Shown here in pieces: positions 1 to 10,307 of a stretch of DNA of 64,000 bases; the stretch's first letter is position 1, and every line of letters begins with the position of its first letter. The translations under genes and the position numbers were made by a program. The stretch is from positions 110,732,001 to 110,796,000 of the forward strand of contig NC_091979.1 of assembly GCF_044704955.1 (NCBI RefSeq), in the 5' to 3' direction. The notes under the pieces are model-generated. The model searched no databases and was not told where the DNA came from. It worked only from the letters and a program-made list of their open reading frames with translations. Source of the stretch: Pristiophorus japonicus. Taxonomy: Eukaryota.

Positions 1-2566
1 AAGAATGTCCTTCCTCAGGTTAGGAGACCAAAACTGTACACAATACTCCAGGTGTGGCCTCACCAAGGCCCTGTACAACTGTAGCAACACCTCCCTGCCC
101 CTGTACTCAAATCCCCTCACTATGAAGGCCAACATGCCATTTGCTTTCTTAACCGCCTGCTGTACCTGCATGCCAACCTTCAATGACTGATGTACCATGA
201 CACCCAGGTCTCGTTGCACCTCCCCTTTTCCTAATCTGTCACCATTCAGATAATAGTCTGTCTCTCTGTTTTTAACCACCAAAGTGGATAATCTCACATT
301 TATCCACATTATACTTCATCTGCCATGCATTTGCCCACTCACCTAACCTATCCAAGTCGCTCTGCAGCCTCATAGCATCCTCCTCGCAGCTCACACTGCC
401 ACCCAACTTAGTGTCATCCGCAAATTTGGAGATACTACATTTAATCCCCTCGTCTAAATCATTAATATACAGTGTAAACAGCTGGGGCCCCAGCACAGAA
501 CCTTGCGGTACCCCACTAGTCACTGCCTGCCATTCTGAAAAGTCCCCATTTACTCCTACTCTTTGCTTCCTGTCTGACAACCAGTTCTCAATCCATGTCA
601 GCACACTACCCCCAATCCCATGTGCTTTAACTTTGCACATTAATCTCTTGTGTGGGACCTTGTCGAAAGCCTTCTGAAAGTCCAAATATACCACATCAAC
701 TGGTTCTCCCTTGTCCACTCTACTGGAAACATCCTCAAAAAATTCCAGAAGATTTGTCAAGCATGATTTCCCTTTCACAAATCCATGCTGACTTGGACCT
801 ATTATATCACCTCTTTCCAAATGCACTGCTATGACATCCTTAATAATTGATTCCATCATTTTACCCACTACCGATGTCAGGCTGACCGGTCTATAATTCC
901 CTGTTATCTCTCTCCCTCCTTTTTTAAAAAGTGGGGTTACATTGGCTACCCTCCACTCCATAGGAACTGATCCAGAGTCAATGGAATGTTGGAAAATGAC
1001 TGTCAATGCATCCACTATTTCCAAGGCCACCTCCTTAAGTACTCTGGGATGCAGTCCATCAGGCCCTGGGGATTTATCGGCCTTCAATCCCATCAATTTC
1101 CCCAACACAATTTCCCGACTAATAAGGATTTCCCTCAGTTCCTCCTCCTTACTAGACCCTCCGACCCCTTTTATATCCGCAAGGTTGTTTGTGTCCTCCT
1201 CAGTGAATACCAAACCAAAGTACATGTTCAATTGGTCCGCCATTTCTTTGTTCCCCGTTATGACTTCCCCTGATTCTGACTGCAGGGGACCTACGTTTGT
1301 CTTTACTAACCTTTTTCTCTTTACATATCTATAGAAACTTTTGCAATCCGTCTTAATGTTCCCTGCAAGCTTCTTCTCGTACTCCATTTTCCCTGCCCCA
1401 ATCAAACCCTTTGTCCTCCTCTGCTGAGTTCTAAATTTCTCCCAGTCCCCGGGTTCGCTGCTATTTCTGGCCAATTCGTATGCCACTTCCTTGGCTTTAA
1501 TACTATCCCTGATTTCCCTTGATAGCCATGGTTGAGCCACCTTCCCTTTTTTATTTTTACGCCAGACAGGAATGTACAATTGTTGTAGTTCATCCATGCG
1601 GTCTCTAAATGTCTGCCATTGCCCATCCACAGTCAACCCCTTCAGTATCATTCGCCAATCTATCCTAGCCAATTCACGCCTCATACCTTCAAAGTTACCT
1701 TTCTTTAAGTTCTGGACCATGGTCTCTGAATTAACTGTTTCATTCTCCATCCTAATGCAGAATTCCACCATATTATGGTCACTCTTCCCCAAGGGGCCTC
1801 GCACAACAAGATTGCTAATTAATCCTCTCTCATTACACAACACACAGTCTAAGATAGCCTCCCCCCTAGTTGGTTCCTCGACATATTGGTCTAAAAAACC
1901 ATCCCTTATGCACTCCAGGAAATCCTCCTCCACCGTATTGCTTCCAGTTTGGTTAACCCAATCTATGTGCATATTAAAGTCACCCATTATAACTGCTGCA
2001 CCTTTATTGCATGCACCCCTAATTTCCTGTTTGATGCCCTCCCCAACATCACTACTACTGTTTGGAGGTCTGTACACAACTCCCACTAACGTTTTTTGCC
2101 CTTTGGTGTTCTGCAGCTCTACCCATATAGATTCCACATCATCCAAGCTAATGTCCTTCCGAACTATTGCTTTAATTTGCTCCTTAACCAGCAATGCTAC
2201 CCCACCTCCTTTTCTTTTTATTCTATCTTTCCTGAATGTTGAATACCCCTGGATGTTGAGTTCCCAGCCCTGATCATCCTGGAGTCACGTCTCCGTAATC
2301 CCAATCACATCATATTTGTTAACATCTATTTGCACAGTTAATTCATCCCCCTTATTGCGGATACTCCTTGCATTAAGACACAAAGCCTTCAGGCTTGTTT
2401 TTTTAACACCCTTTGTCCTTTTAGAATTTTGCTGTACAGTGGCCCTTTTTGTTCTTTGCCTTGGGTTTCTCTGCCCTCCACTTTTCCTCATCTCCTTTCT
2501 GTCTTTTGCTTTTGCCTCCTTTTTGTTTCCTCTGTCTCCCTGCATTGGTTCCCATCCCCCTGCCAT
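1..2566 (-). pseudogene. CR1 ORF2 (AP endonuclease plus reverse transcriptase); TGG>TGA stop at 2285-2287 and +1 frameshift near 274
   Basis: ORFs 2285-2566 and 272-2194 are in one frame: NARSI, VYRPP, GDFN, SDH, YRPVSLTS, DFQKAFD, FADD. Confidence 0.93.
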
Positions 2567-2567
2567 A

Positions 2568-3516
2568 TTAGTTTAAATCCTCCCCAACAGCACTAGCAAA
2601 CACTCCTCCTCGGACATTGGTTCCGGTCCTGCCCAGGTGCAGACCGTCCGGTTTGTACTGGTCCCACCTCCCCCAGAACCGGTTCCAATGCCCCAGGAAT
2701 TTGAATCTCTCCCTGCTGCACCACTGCTCAAGCCACGTATTCATCTGCGCTATCCTGCGATTCCTACTCTGACTATCACGTGGCACTGGTAGCAATCCCG
2801 AGATTACTACTTTTGAGGTCCTATTTTTTAATTTAGCTCCTAGCTCCTTAAATTCGTTTCGTAGAACCTCATCCCTTTTTTTTACCTATGTCGTTGGTAC
2901 CAATGTGCACCACGACAACTGGCTGATCTCCCTCCCTTTTTAGAATGTCCTGCACCCGCTCCGAGACATCCTTGACCCTTGCACCAGGGAGGCAACATAC
3001 CATCCTGGAGTCTCGGTTGCAGCCGCAGAAACGCCTATCTATTCCCTTTACAATTGAATCCCCTATCACTATCGCTCTCCCACTCTTTTTCCTCCCCTCC
3101 TGTGCAACAGAGCCAGCCACGGTGCCATGAACTTGGCTGCTGCTGCCCTCCCCTGATGAGTCATCCCCCTCAACAGTACCCAAAGCAGTGTATCTGTTTT
3201 GCAGGGGGATGACCACAGGGGACTCCTGCACTACCTTCCTTGCACTACTCTTCCTGCTGGTCTTCCATTCCCTAGCTGGCTGTGGACCCTTCTCCTGCGG
3301 TAAGACCAACTCGCTACACGTGATACTCACGTCATTCTCAGCATCGTGGATGCTCCAGAGTGAATCCACCCTCAGCTCCAACTCCGCAACGCGGACCGTC
3401 AGGAGCTTGAGGTGGATACACTTCCTGCAGATATAGTCGTCAGGGACACTGGTGTCGTCCCTGAGTTCCCACATGGTACAGGAGGAGCATAACACCCGAC
3501 CGAGCTCTCCTGCCAT
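2568..3516 (-). pseudogene. CR1 ORF1: CxxC..CxxC zinc finger, coiled coil, SGNH/GDSL esterase; one +1 frameshift in an A run near 2876-2883
   Basis: ORFs 2869-3516 and 2568-2795: CSSC/CRKC, NRYTAL, GDSIVK, PGA, HIGTND, DGLHL. Confidence 0.9.
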
Positions 3517-3720
3517 GACTTAACCCCTTAGATACACTTAAATTGGCAACAACAATGTTAAAAGTTACTCACTGTTATAGAAGAGAAAAAGAAAAGAGAA
3601 AAAGAGAAAAACTACTCATCAATCACCAGCCAATCACTTACCCTCTTGGCTGTGACGTCACCTTTTGATTTCTTTCTTCTACTTTTTTGCCTTCTCTCCC
3701 CGCTGTAGCTGCACCGGTAC

Positions 3721-3972
3721 GCCTCTCGCTGCCGCTGGGCCTTTATAGGCCTCACCAACGCCAGGAACTCCCGCCTCTCGCTGCCGCCGCCTCTCGCTGC
3801 CGTTGGGCCTTTATAGGCCTCACCAACGCCAGGAACTCCCGCCTCTCGCTGCCGCTGGGCCTTTATAGGCCTCACCAACGCCAGGAACTCCCGCCTCTCG
3901 GACTGCCGCCGCCTCTCGCTGCCGCTGGGCCTTTATAGGCCTCACCAACGCCAGGAACTCCCGCCTCTCGGA
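3721..3972 (-). repeat. Four 52-bp tandem monomers plus short partial units at the CR1 5' end
   Basis: Units gcctctcgctgccgctgggcctttataggcctcaccaacgccaggaactccc start at 3721, 3789, 3841 and 3911. Confidence 0.95.
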
Positions 3973-4093
3973 GTAGGCAGGGAAGTGGAGCTGAGTCCAT
4001 GATCAGATCAGCCATGATCTTATTAAATGGCGGAGCAGGCTCAAGGGGCTAAATGGCCTACTCCTGCTCCTATGTCTTATGTCCTTATGTCCT
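3973..4093 (+). mobile_element. 3' UTR and tail of an older CR1 interrupted by the full-length element
   Basis: cagccatgatcttattaaatggcggagcaggctc...cctactcctgctcctat plus short-repeat tail, the same 3' end as at 31200-31293 and 57270-57365. Confidence 0.85.
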
Positions 4094-4449
4094 TGTGTGC
4101 GAACTTCTGCTCACTGCCGCACATCCGCCCCCATTATGACCGACTTCCGGTCTGCTGAAAAAAAAAGCCAAAGAGCGGAATTTCACTCAAGAGGCCAACG
4201 TATCCACCACGGCGGTAAAAACAACAAACTAGGTAGGAGTGCTGCGTTTCCGGAGGTGGGCAATTTCGTCTCCATAGAGTACAAAAGCAACAAAGTTATG
4301 AAGAACCTTTATAAAACACTGGTTCGGCCTCAACTGGACTTTCGGACATCCTTCCTGCAGCCTTTTTGCATGGTTGACCACAAAGTGCTGCTCCAACGTT
4401 TCTCCACCATCGTTCAGATGAATGGGACCAGACTCGCCTGGGTCCATTC

Positions 4450-5150
4450 CTAGTAAAGTTGAAGTCACTGGGAATCAAGGGCGAAAACTCTCCACTGGCT
4501 GCAGTCATACGTAGCATAAAGGAAGATGGCTGTGGCTGTAGGAGGTCAATCATCTCAGCCCCAGGGCATCGCTGCAGGAGTTCCTCAGGCTAGTGTCCTA
4601 GATCCAACCATCTTCAGCTGGCTAATCAATGACTTTCCCTCCATCATAAGGTCAGAAGTGGGGATGTTCACTGTAACTGCAGTGTTCAGTTCCATTTGCA
4701 ACTCCTCAGATATTGAAGCAGTCCGTGCCCAAATAAGCGAGACCTGGACAACATTCAGGTTTAGGCTGATAAGTGACAAGTAACATTCATGCCACACAAG
4801 TGCCAGGCAATGACCATCTCCAACAAGCAAGAGTCTAACCACCACCCCATGACATTCAACAGCATTACCATAGCCAAATCCCCCACCATCAACATCAACT
4901 ATTGACCAGAAACTTAACTGGACCAGCCACATAAATACTGTGGCTAAAAAAAGAGTAGGTCAGTGGCTAGGTATTCTGTGGCGAATGATGCACTTCATGA
5001 CTCCCCAAAGCTTTTCCACCATCTACAAGGTACAAGTCCGGAATTGTGATGGAATACCCTCCACTTGCCTGGATTGGTGCAGCTCTAACAACACAAGCAG
5101 CTCAACACCATCGAGGACGAGGCTTGATTGGCACCGTATCCACCACCTTA
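4450..5150 (+). mobile_element. Divergent CR1/L2-group LINE RT fragment, left part
   Basis: GVPQASVLDPTIFSWLINDFPSIIRSEVGMF; continues at 8700 after nested CR1s. Confidence 0.75.
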
Positions 5151-8100
5151 AGAACGTAAGAATTAGAAGCAGCAGCAGGCCATATGCCCCGTTGAATCTC
5201 CTCCGCCGTTCAATAAGATCATGGCTGATCTTCAATCTCAACTGCCCTTTCCCACCCAATCCCCATATCCCTCGATTTCCCCTAGATTTAAAAAATCTAC
5301 CTATCTCAGCCTTGAATATACTTAACGACTCAGTATCTATCGCCCTTTGGGGTAGAAAATTCCAAAGATTCACAACGCTCTGAGTGAAGAAATTCCTCCT
5401 CATCTCAGTCTTCAATGGCCGACCTCTTATCCTCAGACTATGCCCCCTAGTTCTAGACTCACCAGTCAGGGGATATAACCTCTTAGCATCTACCCTGTCA
5501 ATCCCCCTCAGAATCTTGTATGTTTCAATGAAATAGAAACATAGAAATTTACAGCGCATAAGGAGGCCATTCCAGCCCATCGTGTCCGTGCCGGCCGACA
5601 AAGAGTCACACGGCCCTTGGTCAGCAGTCCTAAAGGTTACATATAAACCCAAGAACAATGACAGAAAGGCAAAGAGCACCCAGCCCAACCAATCCGCCTC
5701 ACCACAACTGCGACACCCCTTATACTAAAACATTTTACACTCCGCTCCAACCAGAGCCATGTGATCTCCTGGGAGAGGCAAAAACCAGATTAAAAACCCA
5801 GGCCAATTTAGGGAGAAAAAAATCTGGGAAAATTCCCCTCTGACCCATTTGCGATCGAAACTAGTCCAGATCACCCTGGCCGTATTCTATTCCCTGCAGT
5901 ACTTATCATTATATCTGCTCCATCCAACAAAAGGTCATCCAGTCTAATCACAATTACCAGCTCTAGGTCTGTAACCCTGCAGGTTGCTGCACTTTAAGTG
6001 CCCAACCAACCATCACTTAAAAGTGGTGAGGGTTTCGGCATCCACCACTCTTCCAGGCAGCGAGTTCCAGATCCCCAAACCTTCTGCGTAAAGAAGCCCC
6101 CCCTCAAATCCCTTCTAAACCTTCCACCAACCACCTTAAAACTATGCCCCCTCTTAATAGACTCCTCCACTAATGGAAATAGACCCTTACTATCCACTAT
6201 GTCCAGGCCCCTCAATATTTTGTACATCTCAATGAGGTCTGCTCTCAACCTTCTCTGTTCCAATGAGAACAAACCCAGCCTATCCAATCTGTCCTCATAA
6301 CTAAGATTCTCCATTCCAGGCAGCATCCTGGTAAATCTTCTCTGCACCCTCTCTAGTGCAATCACATCCTTTCTATAATACGGTGACCAGAACTGCACAA
6401 CACTCCAGCTGTGGCCTAACAAAAGTATTATACAATTTAAGCATAATCTCCCTACTCTTATATTCTATAACTCGGCCAATAAAGGCAAGCATTCCGTATG
6501 CTTTCTTAACCACCTTATCCACCTGGCCTACTACTTTCAGGGATCTGTGGACAAGCACTCCAAGGTCCCTTTGTTCATCTGCACTATTAAGTGGCCTGCC
6601 GCTTAATGTGTATACCCTTTCCTTATTAGCTCTCCCAAAGTGCATCACCTCACACTTCTCTGAATTAAATTCCATTTGCCACTGCTCTGCCCACCTGACC
6701 AGTAGATTGATATCCTCCTGCAGCCCATGACTTTCCTCTTCATTATTAACCATACAGCCAATTTTAGTGTCGTCTGCAAACTTCTTAATCATACTCCCTA
6801 TATTCAAATCTAAATCGTTGATCTATACCACAAAAAGCAAGTGTCCCAGTACCAAGCCCTGCGGAACCCCATTGGAAACATCTTTCCAGTCACAAAAACA
6901 TCCATCAATCATTACCCTTTGCTTCCTACCTCCAAGCCAATTTTGGATCCAACTTGCCACTTTGCCCTGTATTCCATGGACTTTAACCTTCTTGACCAGT
7001 CTACCATGTGGGACCTTATCAAAAGCTTTGCTAAAGTCCATATATACTACATCGTATGCACTACCCTCATCGACCCTCTTGGTTACCTCCTCAAAAAATT
7101 CAGGTTAGTCAGACATGATCTTCCTTAACAAATCCGTGCTGACTGTCCCTAATTAATCCTTGCCTTTCCAAATGTAGATTTATCCTGTCTTTCAGGAATT
7201 TTTCCAATAATTTTCCCACCACTGAGGTTAGGCTGACAGGCCTGTAATCACTCGGCCTATTCCTTCTCCTTTCTTAAACAAGGGTACAACATTAGCAGTC
7301 CTCCAATCCTCTGGCACCATGCTCAGATCCAGAGGACTGGAAAATGATAATCAAGGCCTCTGCTAGTTCCTCTTTTACTTCGCTTAACTGCCTGGGATGC
7401 ATTTCATCCAGGCCTGGGGCCTTATCTAATTTCAAAGCTGCTAAACCCCTTAATACTTCCTCTCTCACTATATTTATTTCATCCAGAATATCACACTCTT
7501 CCTCGATAGCAGTATTTGCATTGCCCCTTTCCTTTGTGAAAACAGATGCAAAGTATTCGTTAAGAACCCTCCCAACATCTTCCGCCTCCACACAAAGATT
7601 ACCCTCATGGTCTCGAACAGGCCCTACCCTTTCTTTAGTTACCCTCTTACTCTCACCTCTCATTCTTCTAAACTCCAGAGAGTATAGGCCCACTCATTTT
7701 CTCCTCATAGGACAATCCTCTCAATCCAAGGATTAATCTAGTGAACCTTCATTGGACTGCCTCTGAGGCATGTATGTCATATCTCAGATAAGGAGACCAA
7801 CACTGTGCACAGTACTCCAGGCGTGGTCTCACCAAAGCCCTGTACAATTGTAGTAAGACTTCCTTACTCTTGTACCTCAACCCCCTTGCAATAAAGGCCA
7901 ACATGCCATTTGCTTTCCTAAATGCTTGCTGTACCTGCATGTTAGCTTTGGGTGTTTCGGTTAGGACACCTAATTCGCTCTGAACACCAACATTTAATAG
8001 TTTCTCACCATTTAAAAAATATTCTGTTTTTCTATTCTTCCTACCAAAGTGAATAACCTCATATTTCTTCACATTATACTCCATCTGCCACCTTATTGCC

Positions 8101-8699
8101 CACTCACTTAACCAGTCTATATCTCTTTGCAGGCTCTTTGTGTCCTCCTCACAGCTTATTTTCCCATCTAGCTTTGTATTATCAGCAACTTGGATTCATT
8201 GCATTCGGTCCCTTCAGTCATTAATATAGATTGTAAATAGCTGAAGCCCAAGCACCGGTCCTTGCAGCACCTCACTAGTTACAGCCTGCCAACCGGAAAA
8301 TGACCTGTTTATCTTTAGTCTCCGTTTTCTGTCCATTAACTAATCCTCTATCCATGCTAATATATTACCCCCAACCCTATGAGCTCTTATCTTGAGCAGC
8401 AACCTTTTATGTGGCACTTTAATTGAATGACTTTTGGAAATCCAAATATACTACATCCACTGGTTCTCCTTTATCTATCCTGCTGGTTACATCCTCAAAA
8501 ACTGCAATAAATTTGTTAAACACAATTTCCCTTTCATAAAATCATGTTGACTCTGCCTAAACATATTATGATTTTCTAAGTGCCCTGTTATCACTTCCTT
8601 AATAACAGATTCCAGCATTGTCCAGATGATATGTCAGATGAACTGGCCTGCAATTCCCTGTTTTCACTCTCCCTCCTTTCTTGAATAGCGGGGTTACAT
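5151..8699 (-). mobile_element. Two nested 5'-truncated CR1s: outer 5151-5532 plus 7651-8699, inner 5533-7650
   Basis: RT motifs (DFSKAFDKV, KFADDTK, RPQLEC); two separate 3' tails at about 5151 and 5533. Confidence 0.85.
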
Positions 8700-9063
8700 T
8701 TACTCCCTTCACCACCGGCACACCATGGCTTCAGTGTGTACCATCTACAAGATGTACTGCAGCAACTTGTCAAGGCTTCTTCAACATCTCCCAAACCTGC
8801 GACCTCTATCAACTAGACAAACAAGGGCAGTAGGTGCACGAGAACACCATCACCTCCAAGTTATACACCATCCTGACTTAGAAAGATAGCGCTGTTCTGT
8901 CACTGTCGCTGGGTCAAAATTCTGGAACTCCCTCCCTACATGGACTGCAGCATTTCAAGGCGGCGGCTGACCATCATTTACTCAAGGGCAATTAAGGATG
9001 GGAAATAATTCCTTGCCTTGCCAGTGACGCCCATATCCTAGGAACGAATAAAAAAAAAAAAAA
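8700..9063 (+). mobile_element. 3' end with poly(A) of the divergent LINE begun at 4450
   Basis: Continues the interrupted ORF end (cactcccttcaccaccggc...) and finishes gaacgaataaaaaaaaaaaa. Confidence 0.7.
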
Positions 9064-9089
9064 TGTCCAGCCCCAGCCACAGAAATCAC

Positions 9090-10307
9090 ATCAAATGGCT
9101 TCTCTTCCCACTCGTGCGTCGTCACCTCTGGTGTACCCTGAGGATCTATTCTTGGCCTCAAGGTTCCCATTTAGCTGCGTGGTTGCGCAGCTGTCTGGAG
9201 CTCCCGCGAACACCTCTTGCTAGTTTCTCAATGGAAAAATTGAACGTGTGGAAGTTTGAATGCGCTGCGGACCCGGAACAAAAATTACAGGGAACATTAC
9301 TTGGCCTTCTATTTCTAATCTACATACCGCCCTTTGGTGACATCATCCAGCAACACAGCGTGAGTTTTCTCATGTACACTGCCGATACCCAGCTCTAACT
9401 CTCCTCCACCTCTCTCGAACTCTTCACTATGTCTATACTGTCAGACTACAACCAGCAGAATGAGCAGAAATTTCCTGAAATTAAATATCGGAAAACCAAA
9501 GCCATTGTCTTCGGTTCATGCCATAAACTCTGTTCCTCTGTCACCGATTCGATCCCTCTCCCTGGCAATTGTCTGAGGTTGACTAAGTCTGTTTGCAACC
9601 TTGATCACACTTGATCACGAGTTGAGCTTTCTATCTCAAATCCGTTTCATCATCAAAACTGCCAATTTTCACCTCTATAACATCTCCCGTCTCCACCCTT
9701 ACCTCAGCTTATCTGCTCCCAAAACCTTCATCTGCGCCTCGGTTACTTCCAGACTTGATGATTCCAACATACTCCTGGGCCAGCCACCCTAGTTCTACCC
9801 TCCATAAAACTTGTCATCCAAAATTCTGCCACCTGTGTCCTAACTCGCGCCAAGTCCCGCTCACCCATCTCCCCCGCGCTCGCTGACCTACATTGGCTCC
9901 CATTTTAAGCAACACCTTGATTTTAAAATTCTCATACTTGTTTTCAAATCCCTTCGTGGTCTCGTCCCTCTCTATTGTGGTAATCTCCAGCAGCCCTATA
10001 TTCCCCAAAACTCTGCACTCCGCCAATTCTGGTCTCTTGAATGTCCCCGATTTTAATTGTTCCACTATTGGCGGCCATGCCTTCAGCTGGCTAGGTCCTA
10101 AGCTCTGGTAAATCTCTCAGCCTCACTACTTCTCTTTCCTTCTTTAAGATGCTGCTTAAAACCTTTCCTATTTGATCAAGATTTTGGTCATCTGCACTTA
10201 CACCTCCTATGTGGCTCGGTGTCAAATTTTGTTTTTTGATAACACTCCTGTGAAGCACCTTGGGATGTTTTATTACGTTAAAGGCGCTATATCAATGTAA
10301 GTTGTTG
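9090..10307 (+). mobile_element. L2 LINE 3' fragment
   Basis: YTADTQL, SRLDDSN, LGPKLW and the L2 tail taaaggcgctatat...gttgttg. Confidence 0.88.
9159..9299. mobile_element. 141-bp hAT-type MITE inserted in the L2
   Basis: Perfect 8-bp TSD CTTGGCCT at 9151-9158 and 9300-9307; imperfect TIRs CAAGGTTCCC / GGGAACATTA. Confidence 0.85.

Larger units (their letters stand above)
1..3972 (-). mobile_element. Near full-length young CR1-clade LINE (3' end runs off the window start)
   Basis: 5' monomer array, 5' UTR, ORF1 and ORF2 (APE plus RT with PQGSVLGP and FADD motifs); only three disabling lesions seen. Confidence 0.95.

Noticed and set aside
411-2273. Long plus-strand ORFs opposite CR1 ORF2 (also at 28579, 40832, 46045 and elsewhere)
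   Set aside because: Antisense shadows that recur in every CR1 copy; no independent gene evidence
3721-3972. Regularly spaced repeats with an internal palindrome, superficially CRISPR-like
   Set aside because: The intervening pieces are partial copies of the unit, not unique spacers; no cas genes; eukaryotic LINE 5' end
4095-4272. CpG-rich segment ending gggcaatttcg, like a Harbinger MITE end
   Set aside because: No matching opposite TIR or TSD found
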